Below are positions 8,439 through 16,098 of a DNA stretch of 24,292 nucleotides, one piece after another. The DNA is taken from positions 1 through 24,292 of the IMG/VR virus record IMGVR_UViG_3300005405_000349, one strand, 5' to 3'. This DNA comes from a virus. Lineage: Duplodnaviria; Caudoviricetes. Positions within the stretch are counted from its first letter, which is position 1. Every line of letters begins with the position of its first letter. The notes under the pieces are model-generated. The model saw only the letters and a program-made list of their open reading frames with translations. It was not told the DNA's origin and made no database searches. The position numbers were made by a program, and so were the translations under genes.

Positions 8439-8932
8439 GCCGGCTCACCTCCGGAGACTGTCAGGCTCGTGTATCCGAGCTCGGCGAGCCGCTCCTCGTC
8501 GGTCTTCTGCGGGGCGCCCATGTTCGCGTGGCTCGCGCCCTGCGCCTGTCGGTCGGGAGCCCGGTTCGTGTTCGCGTGGATCATCTTGATCGCGTACCCT
8601 GCCGGGTCGGCCTCGAAGGCCTGGCGCTCCTTCGTCTCGTCCTCGGGCTTGGCCGTGAGGCCTGCCGGGATCGTGTTCTTGACCTCGAGCCACCGGGCGT
8701 CGGCTGCGTCCTGCGCCCTCTTCTTCTCGAGGTTCTCGAACTCCAGGAGCCGGGCGTTCGCAGCCGCGAGGTCCTCGTCGGCCTTCTTCTTCGCCAGGTT
8801 CGCCTGCTCGAGGAGGCGGGCCGATTCGTCCGGCGGCGGCGTGTTGGCGTGCGCCGCCGGGGCGGCCTTCAGTCCCTTGATCCCGTCGAGGATCTGGGAC
8901 AGGAGGCCCTTTACTTCCGTGTCGTCTGCCAT
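8435..8932 (-). CDS. Nested in-frame scaffolding protein (internal start)
   Basis: GGAG-AAACCGAC-ATG at 8932 begins MADDTEVKGLL..., at the globular/coiled-coil boundary. Confidence 0.55.
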   Translation of the reverse strand: MADDTEVKGLLSQILDGIKGLKAAPAAHANTPPPDESARLLEQANLAKKKADEDLAAANARLLEFENLEKKRAQDAADARWLEVKNTIPAGLTAKPEDETKERQAFEADPAGYAIKMIHANTNRAPDRQAQGASHANMGAPQKTDEERLAELGYTSLTVSGGEPA

Positions 8933-9520
8933 GTCGGTTTCTCCAAGATTGAGGAACATCGTCTTCGGGTCATTCGGCGGGACGCCATACCGCATATCGA
9001 AGAGGAGGATATGCGAGGGGACGACTTTCCCGTCCAGGTAGCCGGTCGGGTATGTCGCGGCGTCGTAGCCAGTGGACTGCCCCAGGTGGCCCGCTGCGTG
9101 GAGGGCGCGGACGTCGGGGTCGGAGAAGGTCAGCCGGGCGCCGAGCCGGGGCGTGCCCGCCGTGTGGATCGTTGCGTCCGAGACGGTCCCGGCGATCCGG
9201 CCGCCGATGCGGGCGATCTCGGCCGCGGCGTCCTGGCGGAGGGCCTCGTTGGAGGGGTGGACCGGGGGCCCCGGCTTGAAGATCATCGGGGCCGCGTTCC
9301 ACTCCTCCTCGGTGCCGTCGAAATTGTCGACGCCGAGGTAGGTTTTCCTCCCTACCACGAACTCGTGCGGACAGGGGAGCCACTGATTCAGACCCTGGAG
9401 GATGGCCTCGTGGGTGTCGGGCGCGACGGTCGAGCCGAAAGAGGAGACGTGCTGGAGCTCGACCGGCTTCGCGCCCGGGTGCTGTGTCGACCGCGCATCA
9501 TCTTCGGTCGCGGTTGGCAT
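8435..9520 (-). CDS. Prohead protease-scaffold fusion
   Basis: 361 aa; N-terminal globular part (HP...G.I.GTV...GQSTGY...HILL) and C-terminal charged coiled coil; first gene after the late promoter. Confidence 0.75.
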   Translation of the reverse strand: MPTATEDDARSTQHPGAKPVELQHVSSFGSTVAPDTHEAILQGLNQWLPCPHEFVVGRKTYLGVDNFDGTEEEWNAAPMIFKPGPPVHPSNEALRQDAAAEIARIGGRIAGTVSDATIHTAGTPRLGARLTFSDPDVRALHAAGHLGQSTGYDAATYPTGYLDGKVVPSHILLFDMRYGVPPNDPKTMFLNLGETDMADDTEVKGLLSQILDGIKGLKAAPAAHANTPPPDESARLLEQANLAKKKADEDLAAANARLLEFENLEKKRAQDAADARWLEVKNTIPAGLTAKPEDETKERQAFEADPAGYAIKMIHANTNRAPDRQAQGASHANMGAPQKTDEERLAELGYTSLTVSGGEPA

Positions 9521-9560
9521 AGGTACTATTGGCGCCGATCCCCGGTATATAACAAATATT
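9521..9560 (-). promoter_or_regulatory. Archaeal-type late promoter for the capsid/tail operon (leaderless)
   Basis: TTATATA (9546-9552) lies 25 nt before ATG 9520; no SD; AT-rich island in a GC-rich genome. Confidence 0.75.
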
Positions 9561-9561
9561 T

Positions 9562-9593
9562 TTTATAACGCTTTATAACGCTTTATAACGCTT
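9562..9593. repeat. Perfect 10-bp tandem repeat (TTTATAACGC)x3 + TT
   Basis: Read directly; immediately upstream of the TATA box. Confidence 0.95.
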
Positions 9594-9611
9594 CGAATGA
9601 CGAAAAGAGGG

Positions 9612-9917
9612 TCAGGCCTTCGCCTTCTTCAGGGCGGACGATAGGCCCTGCTCGAGCGCTGCCGAGAAGTCGATCCCCTTCGCCGCGGCCCGGTCCGCAA
9701 GGGGCTTCGAGACCTTGACGACCTTCGAGACAAGGGCCTGGTCGTCGGTCGTGGCGAACAGGTACACGGCTGATCTGGAGCGTCTGCCCCCGTTGTGCGC
9801 AGGGTAGAGCCGGCCGAGGTCGCGGGCGATCTGCCCGTACGAGTCCTGCCCTGCATGCTCACGGATATACCGGATCTCGTCGGGGTGAAAGTCGTACCGC
9901 CGGCGTTCGTCGGTCAT
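9612..9917 (-). CDS. DNA-binding protein: HTH (Myb/homeodomain-like) fused to CcdA-like ribbon-helix-helix
   Basis: N-terminal 'FHPDEIRYIREH...SYGQIARDL...RSRSAV'; C-terminal 'KVVKVSKPLADRAAAKGIDFSAALEQGL' resembles the CcdA/RHH 'A...GINLS..LE.AL' pattern. Followed by CCCTCTTTTC. Confidence 0.7.
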   Translation of the reverse strand: MTDERRRYDFHPDEIRYIREHAGQDSYGQIARDLGRLYPAHNGGRRSRSAVYLFATTDDQALVSKVVKVSKPLADRAAAKGIDFSAALEQGLSSALKKAKA

Positions 9918-10522
9918 CGGGCCGCCTCCCGGATCACTTGCGCCGGGTTGCCGGCCGCCACCGTCCAGGGCGGGATATCCTTTGTCACGACGGACCCGGC
10001 CCCGATGATCGACCCCTCTCCGATCGTGACCCCTTTCAGGATCACGACATTACAGCCGATCCAGGACTTATCCTGAATGACCACGGGGGCGAGCGGGACC
10101 CCGTCCCAATCCCACAACGACGGGTCCCGGTGATAGCCCGCAAACTCTCCCCCCCGCCGGCGCCAGTCGAGGGGGTGGCCGTCCGTGTCCATGATCGTAC
10201 AGTCCCATGAGATCAGAACATCCGACCCGATCGAGATGCCCCCCCCACAGAAGAGGAACGTCCCCGCTCCGATCGAGGTCCGGTCCCCGATCTCAACCGT
10301 GGCCCCCTCTCGCAGCGTGGCGATATCGCAGGCGATCATCGAGTCGGCCCCGACACGGATCCGGGTCCCGGGGCCCGTGACCGGCCCGCGAAGGTGAAAT
10401 GTCTCGGTAAGGGTCGTCCTCTCCCCGACGAGGAGGGGGCACGTCTCGGGCCGGCCCGGGGCCATCAGCACCGCGATCGCAAGCCGGGCGAGCCGTGCAA
10501 AGGTGAGAGCCTTCTGTATCAT
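9914..10522 (-). CDS. Hexapeptide-repeat (LbH) sugar O-acetyltransferase, maltose/galactoside acetyltransferase-like
   Basis: 202 aa from ATG 10522; 'I.IGSDVLISWDCTIMDTDGH', 'PVVIQDKSWIGCNVVILKGVTIGEGSIIGAGSVVTKDIPPWTVAAGNPA'. Confidence 0.93.
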   Translation of the reverse strand: MIQKALTFARLARLAIAVLMAPGRPETCPLLVGERTTLTETFHLRGPVTGPGTRIRVGADSMIACDIATLREGATVEIGDRTSIGAGTFLFCGGGISIGSDVLISWDCTIMDTDGHPLDWRRRGGEFAGYHRDPSLWDWDGVPLAPVVIQDKSWIGCNVVILKGVTIGEGSIIGAGSVVTKDIPPWTVAAGNPAQVIREAAR

Positions 10523-11208
10523 GCCTCGGCCTCCGCACGGGTCTTGATCACGGGCTTGAGCCCGCACTCGCAGTTAGGGTGCAGGGGGAAGCTCGGCGCC
10601 TCATCGATCGGGTAGACCTCGCCGACAAGGGGATCGCAGTCGGAGCAGGGGGAGTCGCCGCCGAGGACCTCGACCTCCTCGACCCCCGCGTCCTTGTACC
10701 GGGACCAGGCCGCATCGTTGCGGATCCGGGACATCTCCGTCCGGGCGACCAGTGCGGCCTGGGATTTGCGCTCGTCGAAGTAGGTGGCGAGCTTATCGGC
10801 CAGGCTCCCGGGCTGGTACCCGTACGTCCCTTCTTTCGCCCCGAGGCTGCCGCCCTCCTCGATATGCTGCTGGACGAGCTTGCCGATCTCTTCCCGGTCC
10901 TTCGTCGTCTGGTCCTTCAGCCAGGGGGTGAAGAACCGAGTCGTAGTTCCATCCTCGAGTTGGACGACAACCGTCGAGCCGCCCTTCGCGAGGTCCTTCT
11001 TGTAGTCGGTCATCTGGTCGAGGGCGGCCTTGTGGACCTGGTCCCAGGCGATCCCGATCTTGAGGTCGCGCCGGGCCGTCGCGTCCCCCGTGATCGCGGC
11101 CTCGGTCCCGTGCTTGATGAGGATCCGCTCCTCCTCTCGCTGGAGGTCCTCGAGGGCGTCCTCGATCTCCTGCCATGCGGCCGGGGGGATCCGCTTCGGC
11201 TGGGCCAT
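10519..11208 (-). CDS. Minor head protein, Mu gpF / SPP1 gp7 family (short form)
   Basis: 'A.LVARTEM.R..N', 'CSDC', 'P.FPLHPNCEC'; follows the portal. Confidence 0.92.
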   Translation of the reverse strand: MAQPKRIPPAAWQEIEDALEDLQREEERILIKHGTEAAITGDATARRDLKIGIAWDQVHKAALDQMTDYKKDLAKGGSTVVVQLEDGTTTRFFTPWLKDQTTKDREEIGKLVQQHIEEGGSLGAKEGTYGYQPGSLADKLATYFDERKSQAALVARTEMSRIRNDAAWSRYKDAGVEEVEVLGGDSPCSDCDPLVGEVYPIDEAPSFPLHPNCECGLKPVIKTRAEAEA

Positions 11209-12599
11209 CAGTCGACCGCCTCAAGCGCCTTCAGCACCCGGTCCCGGCAGCGGTCGACCGCCGCCCCCAGGTCGTCGGCGGCTGCGGTCCGGATCGCGGC
11301 CGGCGTCTTTGCCTGGGGACCAACGTTGCCGAAGGCCGAGGGGGTGGCCGCCGGGATCCCCTCGTACTCGGCGTCGAGCCGGGCCTCCTGCTCATCGTCC
11401 AGGGGGGGCAGATGGTAGAGGGCCCGCCGCTCGGCCCGCGTGCTCGCCCGGGTCTTGAAGCTCGACTCGGCGATCTTCACCTCCTGGTCGGTCTTGTCGA
11501 ACTGGAGATCGGGGAGGTCGATCTCGACCCGATAGCCCCGCCATCCCGTCTCCTCCAGGGCCCCCTGGAAGAGGGGGACGTAGGCCGCCTCGAGCCACGA
11601 CTGGATGCCGCCGACGTAGGCCGCGAGGAGCTCGGCCTCGGAGGAGGAGGACCCGCCGATGGTGTTGCCCTCCTTGGCGATCATGCTCGAGGGGGAGAAG
11701 TGATCCTTGAGGAGGCGGGAGAGGACCTCGATCGTCTCCAGGTTGTCCGCGGTATCCGTGATATGTGGATCGATCAACTCCATGTTCTCCCTCAACGCGT
11801 ACCCGGTGTTCTTCCCCCAGTTCTTTAGGATCAGCTTCGCGTACTCCACGTCCCCGGGGACCTTCCCGCCGAGCTGCTTCCGGGTCCGGGCGCCGTGAAT
11901 CTTGATGAAGAGAAGCGGGGCGCCGACCCGGTGGCAGCGTTGCATCTGCGCGGCCCACAGGTAGTCGAGCATGGCGAAGACGGACGTGACCGCCAGGACC
12001 GTGGGGCGGCTGCCGAGCTCGGGCCGGATCGGGTCGTGGACCTCGAAGACGTTGTCCACCTTTACGGGGGCCAGGCTCGTCTCGTCCTGGACCTGGTGAT
12101 ACTCGACCGTCCCCTCCTTCGTGAGGACGATCCCGGGGAGGATCGGGTTGTAGGCCTTGACCTCGACCGCGGTCGGCTGCGTCGAGAACGAGTCCGGGGG
12201 CAGATACCGGATCTCCGTGACCCGGTACTCGTTGCCCTGCCAGGCCATCCCGATCGAGGAGAGGCCGGGGCCGTACCAGAAGGTCCCGAACCAGTCCCGC
12301 TGCATGGCATAGTAGAGAGAGACGGCCGGCTCCTGCGCCATCGCCGTGAGCCACTGCGAGGCCTCCGGGTCCGGCTCCCCCTTCGGGTCCAGGGCCGTGA
12401 TCGTCGGCTGACCCCGGAAGATCAGGTTCCGCTGTTTCTGCGTGAGGGCGTCGCCGTACGGGCCTTCCGCGTACTTCTTCAGCTTCTCAACGGTGACGGG
12501 GGTTTCCTTCCAGGTGATCCCCGTCGAGGCCACCCAGACGACTCCCTCGGCCTCCTTGTTCGGGGCCTTCGTCGGTTCTTTCGGTGCTTTCGCTGCCAT
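11208..12599 (-). CDS. Portal protein
   Basis: 463 aa from ATG 12599 (MAAKAPKEP...), between TerL and MuF; C-terminal 'TRAERRALYHLPPL' is typical of portals. Confidence 0.85.
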   Translation of the reverse strand: MAAKAPKEPTKAPNKEAEGVVWVASTGITWKETPVTVEKLKKYAEGPYGDALTQKQRNLIFRGQPTITALDPKGEPDPEASQWLTAMAQEPAVSLYYAMQRDWFGTFWYGPGLSSIGMAWQGNEYRVTEIRYLPPDSFSTQPTAVEVKAYNPILPGIVLTKEGTVEYHQVQDETSLAPVKVDNVFEVHDPIRPELGSRPTVLAVTSVFAMLDYLWAAQMQRCHRVGAPLLFIKIHGARTRKQLGGKVPGDVEYAKLILKNWGKNTGYALRENMELIDPHITDTADNLETIEVLSRLLKDHFSPSSMIAKEGNTIGGSSSSEAELLAAYVGGIQSWLEAAYVPLFQGALEETGWRGYRVEIDLPDLQFDKTDQEVKIAESSFKTRASTRAERRALYHLPPLDDEQEARLDAEYEGIPAATPSAFGNVGPQAKTPAAIRTAAADDLGAAVDRCRDRVLKALEAVD

Positions 12600-12601
12600 G
12601 G

Positions 12602-13990
12602 TTAGAGTCCTGGGATATCGTCTGACCAGCCGCCGAAGTCGGGGATATCGGCGGAGCGGTCTTCGCATGGTGCCTCCGGGGCGTCTCCGCCGAGGGCCTC
12701 GGCCCACATGGCGGCGTACCGGGTACAGTCCATGCCGTGATCGTCGACCTTCGACGGCTGCTCCTTGTTCGGGCGGCCGTCGCCGGTCTTCTGCCAGAGG
12801 TAGGTGTCCCACTCCTGCTCGGTGCAGGTCGGCTTGTGGGCGGCCAGGAGGGCCGGGTCCGCCTCGACCAGGGCCCCCCGCATCACGAAGATCCGGGGTC
12901 GGCCGTCGCCTGCCAGCTTGAGTCGGGCCTGGACGGCCTGGATCCCCGTGGATACCGCCTTCTTCGCGGCCGTCGTCCGGACCCCGTGGCGCTCGAGCGT
13001 GGCCCGGTCCTCGGCGTCGTGGTCGGCGACCGTGGCCGTGATCCACTCCTGTCCCGCCTCGAGCTCGAGGATGTCCCGGGCATGGTCCTCGACCAGGCGC
13101 CGGGTGTGGTAGATCTCCCGGTAGAGATACAGGCGGCCGTCCCCGTCGATCGCCCACCACTGGCAGACGAAGGGGTTGGTAAAGCCGAAGTCGATCGCCC
13201 GGATCCGGATCCAGTCAGGAGGGACCGGGAAGGGGTCGATCACGTGGACCGCCCGGTCGAAGTCCTCGTAGACGGCGCCCTCGGCCGTGGCCCATTTGCC
13301 CTTGCGGAGGCGCTGGTACCGGACTCCCGTGAGCTTGTCGAGGGTCGCGAGGGACCGCCGCCCCTGCTCCGTGATCGCCCCGGTCGCGGGGTCGAAGAGG
13401 GTCGGGTTGTCCTCGTGCCGGCTCTCGAGGAGGACCAGGTCGCCGGCCGCGGTGCGCTTCAGGATCCAGTGGTTCGCGCCGCCCGGGTTGCAGTCCCCGA
13501 AGATCTGAGCATAGGGCGCATTGCCGGCCCGGCCCGTCGTCCTGGTCGTGAGGGTCTCCCAATCGTCGAGGGTGAGCTCCTCGGCCTGATTGACGTAGAT
13601 GAAGTCGCGCTCGCTCGAGAGGACCTTGTCCGGACGGTCCATGCCGCCCACGAAGATCCGGGAACCGTTCGGGTAGTCGTACCACTCGACGTGCTCGCCC
13701 CCGAACGATGTGACGGGGCTACCCTCCGAGAGGACCTTCTTCTCGAAGGTCTGGAGGACGGAGCCCGTCATCGAGGCCCGCGTCTTCCGGACGATCGCGC
13801 ACTGAACGCCAGGATACTTCCAGCACAGGCCGTCGAGCTTCTCGAGAGAGGTCCGGGTCTTCCCGGTCTCCGATGGGCCGGAGAGGATCGCCTCGGGCGC
13901 CCGGCACTGCCAGAGGGCCCGGCCGCCGCCGTAGGGCGTGAAGGCGACCACGTCGCCCGGCGGGTTCTCGAGGATCACGTGGGGGGTCAT
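12602..13990 (-). CDS. terL: Terminase large subunit (PBSX-like)
   Basis: Walker A 'SGPSETGKT', Walker B-position 'FIYVNQAEE', 'GDCNP', nuclease motifs 'AIDFGFTNP' and 'DDHGMDCTRYA'. Confidence 0.96.
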   Translation of the reverse strand: MTPHVILENPPGDVVAFTPYGGGRALWQCRAPEAILSGPSETGKTRTSLEKLDGLCWKYPGVQCAIVRKTRASMTGSVLQTFEKKVLSEGSPVTSFGGEHVEWYDYPNGSRIFVGGMDRPDKVLSSERDFIYVNQAEELTLDDWETLTTRTTGRAGNAPYAQIFGDCNPGGANHWILKRTAAGDLVLLESRHEDNPTLFDPATGAITEQGRRSLATLDKLTGVRYQRLRKGKWATAEGAVYEDFDRAVHVIDPFPVPPDWIRIRAIDFGFTNPFVCQWWAIDGDGRLYLYREIYHTRRLVEDHARDILELEAGQEWITATVADHDAEDRATLERHGVRTTAAKKAVSTGIQAVQARLKLAGDGRPRIFVMRGALVEADPALLAAHKPTCTEQEWDTYLWQKTGDGRPNKEQPSKVDDHGMDCTRYAAMWAEALGGDAPEAPCEDRSADIPDFGGWSDDIPGL

Positions 13991-14503
13991 TCAGAGATCA
14001 TCCATCGAGACGCCGCGGAGGACCTTGACGACCAGGTCCACCTGTCCCTCGATCTTCGCCGTGGCCTCCCCGTCCTCGAGGCGGGCCAGGTCCGCCCCGA
14101 CCTTCAGGAGCTGCGGGATCGTACCGGCCGGGATCTGATCGGCGGGCGTCGCCTCGAGGGCGGCCTTCGCCTTCGATACGGCCAGGCGGGCCGTCTGGAC
14201 CCGCTCCCGTTTCGCCTCGGCCCGCTCGGCCTCGAGCTTCGCTGCCTCAGCCGCCGCCGCCGCTGCCGCGGCCTCCTCACGGGCCCGCTGTTGATGCTGA
14301 TCGTAGGCCCGGACCCGCTCGTCCCACCCGTAGGCCTTCGCCCACTGGTCCACGATCGACCGGCAGCGCTTCCCCGAGTAGTGGATCCGGACGGCCTCGC
14401 AGACTTTTCGATCAGGCCCGAGGTCGCGGAAGACGCAGAAGGCCGCGTATGCCCTCGGGGTCTCGTCCTCGAGGCGGTCCCACGGCTGCGGCTGCTCGAC
14501 CAT
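13991..14503 (-). CDS. Putative terminase small subunit
   Basis: 170 aa; 'WDRL..ET.RAY.AF..FRDLG..R' HTH-like N-terminus, 'W...YGW.ER..AYD', coiled coil; abuts terL. Confidence 0.75.
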   Translation of the reverse strand: MVEQPQPWDRLEDETPRAYAAFCVFRDLGPDRKVCEAVRIHYSGKRCRSIVDQWAKAYGWDERVRAYDQHQQRAREEAAAAAAAAEAAKLEAERAEAKRERVQTARLAVSKAKAALEATPADQIPAGTIPQLLKVGADLARLEDGEATAKIEGQVDLVVKVLRGVSMDDL

Positions 14504-14760
14504 CAGATATCGCGCTCGGCGCCCGGGTCCTCGTCGGTCGGCTCCCGCCCGGGATAGGTGAGCGGTCGGGCCTTGAGCTCGTCCAGGATGTCCGAGAGAA
14601 GTGCCTCGACCCGGGTGCCCTGGTCCTCGAGGCCCGCGACCCGCTGATCGATCCGGCTCATGGTCCGCTTCACCTGCGCCACCTCCTCGAGGGGGGAGGG
14701 GGCCGGGAGGATCTGTCGCTCGGTCCTGTGGTCGAGGTTGGGATCGGTGCTAATCCCCAT
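14503..14760 (-). CDS. Hypothetical coiled-coil protein (85 aa)
   Basis: GGAGGG SD before ATG 14760 (alternative start 14778); heptads 'LEEVAQVKRTMSRIDQRVAGLEDQGTRVEALLSDILDEL'. Confidence 0.7.
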   Translation of the reverse strand: MGISTDPNLDHRTERQILPAPSPLEEVAQVKRTMSRIDQRVAGLEDQGTRVEALLSDILDELKARPLTYPGREPTDEDPGAERDI

Positions 14761-14908
14761 CGGTCGTCCCTCCGACATACGGCACGGGCGCCGGCGGCCG
14801 GGACGTGCGCCCCTCGAACTCGGGGGCGTACCTGCCTTCTTTCTCGGCCGCTGAGAGTTCCATCATGCGCGGGCTCCAGGGCTCGCCGGGGGGCGGCAGG
14901 AGGTCCAT
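14750..14908 (-). CDS. Small Pro-rich hypothetical protein (52 aa)
   Basis: Not in the ORF track. AGGAGGT SD, then MDLLPPPGEPWSPRMMELSAAEKEGRYAPEFEGRTSRPPAPVPYVGGTTDGD*; fills the gap between neighbours. Confidence 0.65.
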   Translation of the reverse strand: MDLLPPPGEPWSPRMMELSAAEKEGRYAPEFEGRTSRPPAPVPYVGGTTDGD

Positions 14909-14911
14909 AGC

Positions 14912-15160
14912 TTACCTCCTGGCGAGGACTTTGCAGTTCCCGACGTCGGCCTCGAACTCGAGCGCGGCCTCGCCGATCCGGATCTTCTCCGCGTCGGTCT
15001 CGACCCCGTCAGCCCTTGCGGCCCGGATGGCCTGGATGACCGCGACCAGGCTTGATGCAGCCTTGATGACGGCCTTGGCCTTGTAGCTGTACGCGGCATA
15101 GCCGGCAGCCATGCCGAGGGCCAAGGCCCCGATCTGCAAAAGAGCGTCGAACTCTGACAT
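14912..15160 (-). CDS. Holin-like membrane protein (82 aa)
   Basis: N-terminal hydrophobic helix, amphipathic helix, then 'A.ADG..T.AEK..I'; leaderless ATG 15160 is the first gene after a TATA promoter. Confidence 0.55.
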   Translation of the reverse strand: MSEFDALLQIGALALGMAAGYAAYSYKAKAVIKAASSLVAVIQAIRAARADGVETDAEKIRIGEAALEFEADVGNCKVLARR

Positions 15161-15200
15161 AGAATCTATTAGATAAATACCTATTATAAAAGTGATGAGA
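15161..15200 (-). promoter_or_regulatory. Archaeal-type late promoter for the holin/packaging operon (leaderless)
   Basis: TTTTATAA (15184-15191) lies 23 nt before ATG 15160; AT-rich island; a pyrimidine tract CCTTTTCTC upstream may terminate the early unit. Confidence 0.75.
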
Positions 15201-15206
15201 AAAGGA

Positions 15207-15515
15207 TCAGAACTGACGCCGGTGCCAGTCCTGAAAGTCCTTGAGGATGGATGCAGCGTCGGCAACGTACTTGGCCCGCCGCTCCTCGCTCATGTGGCTG
15301 TAGAGTGATTTGGCCATCATATGCACATCGTTCTCGAGGACCAGGTCCTGGTATTTTCGAGCCGCCTTCCTGATGATCCGCTTGTGCTCGTAGAGGGTCT
15401 TCGGTTGGTAGATGTGACGGAGCCTGAGGATCTCGTACTGCTCGATCGTCGCGGGCAGGTCGAGCGGGGCGAGGTTGTGGAAAGGGAGGTAGACTGGGCC
15501 GGCGGCTGCGGTCAT
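15207..15515 (-). CDS. Hypothetical helical protein, integrase core-binding (SAM-like) pattern; candidate late regulator
   Basis: 102 aa from ATG 15515 (ATGA overlap); 'IEQY...L...QPKTLYEH..II' and 'ASILKDFQDW'; last gene before the late promoter. Confidence 0.5.
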   Translation of the reverse strand: MTAAAGPVYLPFHNLAPLDLPATIEQYEILRLRHIYQPKTLYEHKRIIRKAARKYQDLVLENDVHMMAKSLYSHMSEERRAKYVADAASILKDFQDWHRRQF

Positions 15516-15907
15516 GCTCTCCCCCGGGGCCATCCCCCGATGACTGCTTCAAGGTGCTCGGGAGTCGGCATACCGCCCCGCTCGTACTCGCTGAAGGGGA
15601 TCCCGGAGGCTATGGCCACGGCTCGCTCGACGGCCGCGCCCTTCGACTCTCTCCAGCCCGGTATGAGGAGGACCGCATCGCATCGCTTCATGAGCTCGAT
15701 GTCGCCGTCGTACCAGTGCGAGACGGGGATGTCGAGGCAGTGCTGAAAGCCGGCCGTGTTCTTGTGGGGGCAGACGGGCATCCACCCCTTCCTCGCTGCC
15801 TCGAGCGCGATCCGTGACGCCGCCAGGATGTTTGCCTCGATGGTGTGGAGGGGGTCGGGGTCGCCCTCCGGCGCCGAGAACGGGCCGGCTATGTAGAGGA
15901 TTTTCAT
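15512..15907 (-). CDS. DUF4406/DUF1937 family (nucleoside 2-deoxyribosyltransferase-like fold)
   Basis: 'ILYIAGPFS', 'G..PVCPH', 'D.ELMKRCDAVLLIPGWRESKGA..E..A'. Confidence 0.88.
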   Translation of the reverse strand: MKILYIAGPFSAPEGDPDPLHTIEANILAASRIALEAARKGWMPVCPHKNTAGFQHCLDIPVSHWYDGDIELMKRCDAVLLIPGWRESKGAAVERAVAIASGIPFSEYERGGMPTPEHLEAVIGGWPRGRA

Positions 15908-16098
15908 CCCTCCACCTTCTGGTAGATGCCGATCTGGATGTTCCCGAAGACCGTTCGATACGCGGCGATCTTCTCTCGAGCCTCCTCGACGGTCGCACAT
16001 TCCAGCCCGCTAATGCTACAGTCGAGGTCGGTGTAGATGATAATCTCGGGCGTCCATCGCCCCATCGTCTGCATCTTGCGCTCGCCCTGCAAACGCAT
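15904..16098 (-). CDS. Hypothetical protein (64 aa)
   Basis: MRLQGERKMQTMGRWTPEIIIY...; TGATG overlap upstream, ATGA overlap downstream. Confidence 0.65.
   Translation of the reverse strand: MRLQGERKMQTMGRWTPEIIIYTDLDCSISGLECATVEEAREKIAAYRTVFGNIQIGIYQKVEG

Noticed and set aside
9562-9593. Repeats here and at 21799-21878 as a mini-CRISPR array
   Set aside because: Head-to-tail tandem units with no spacers; no cas genes.
10519-11208. MuF polymorphic toxin
   Set aside because: The protein ends just after the HPNC motif; no C-terminal toxin domain.
14503-14752. Genome-wide TAG recoding (the frame after TAG 14750 runs open into TerS)
   Set aside because: That frame is an Arg/Pro/Gly-rich shadow over a better gene, and no conserved gene in the window is interrupted by TAG.
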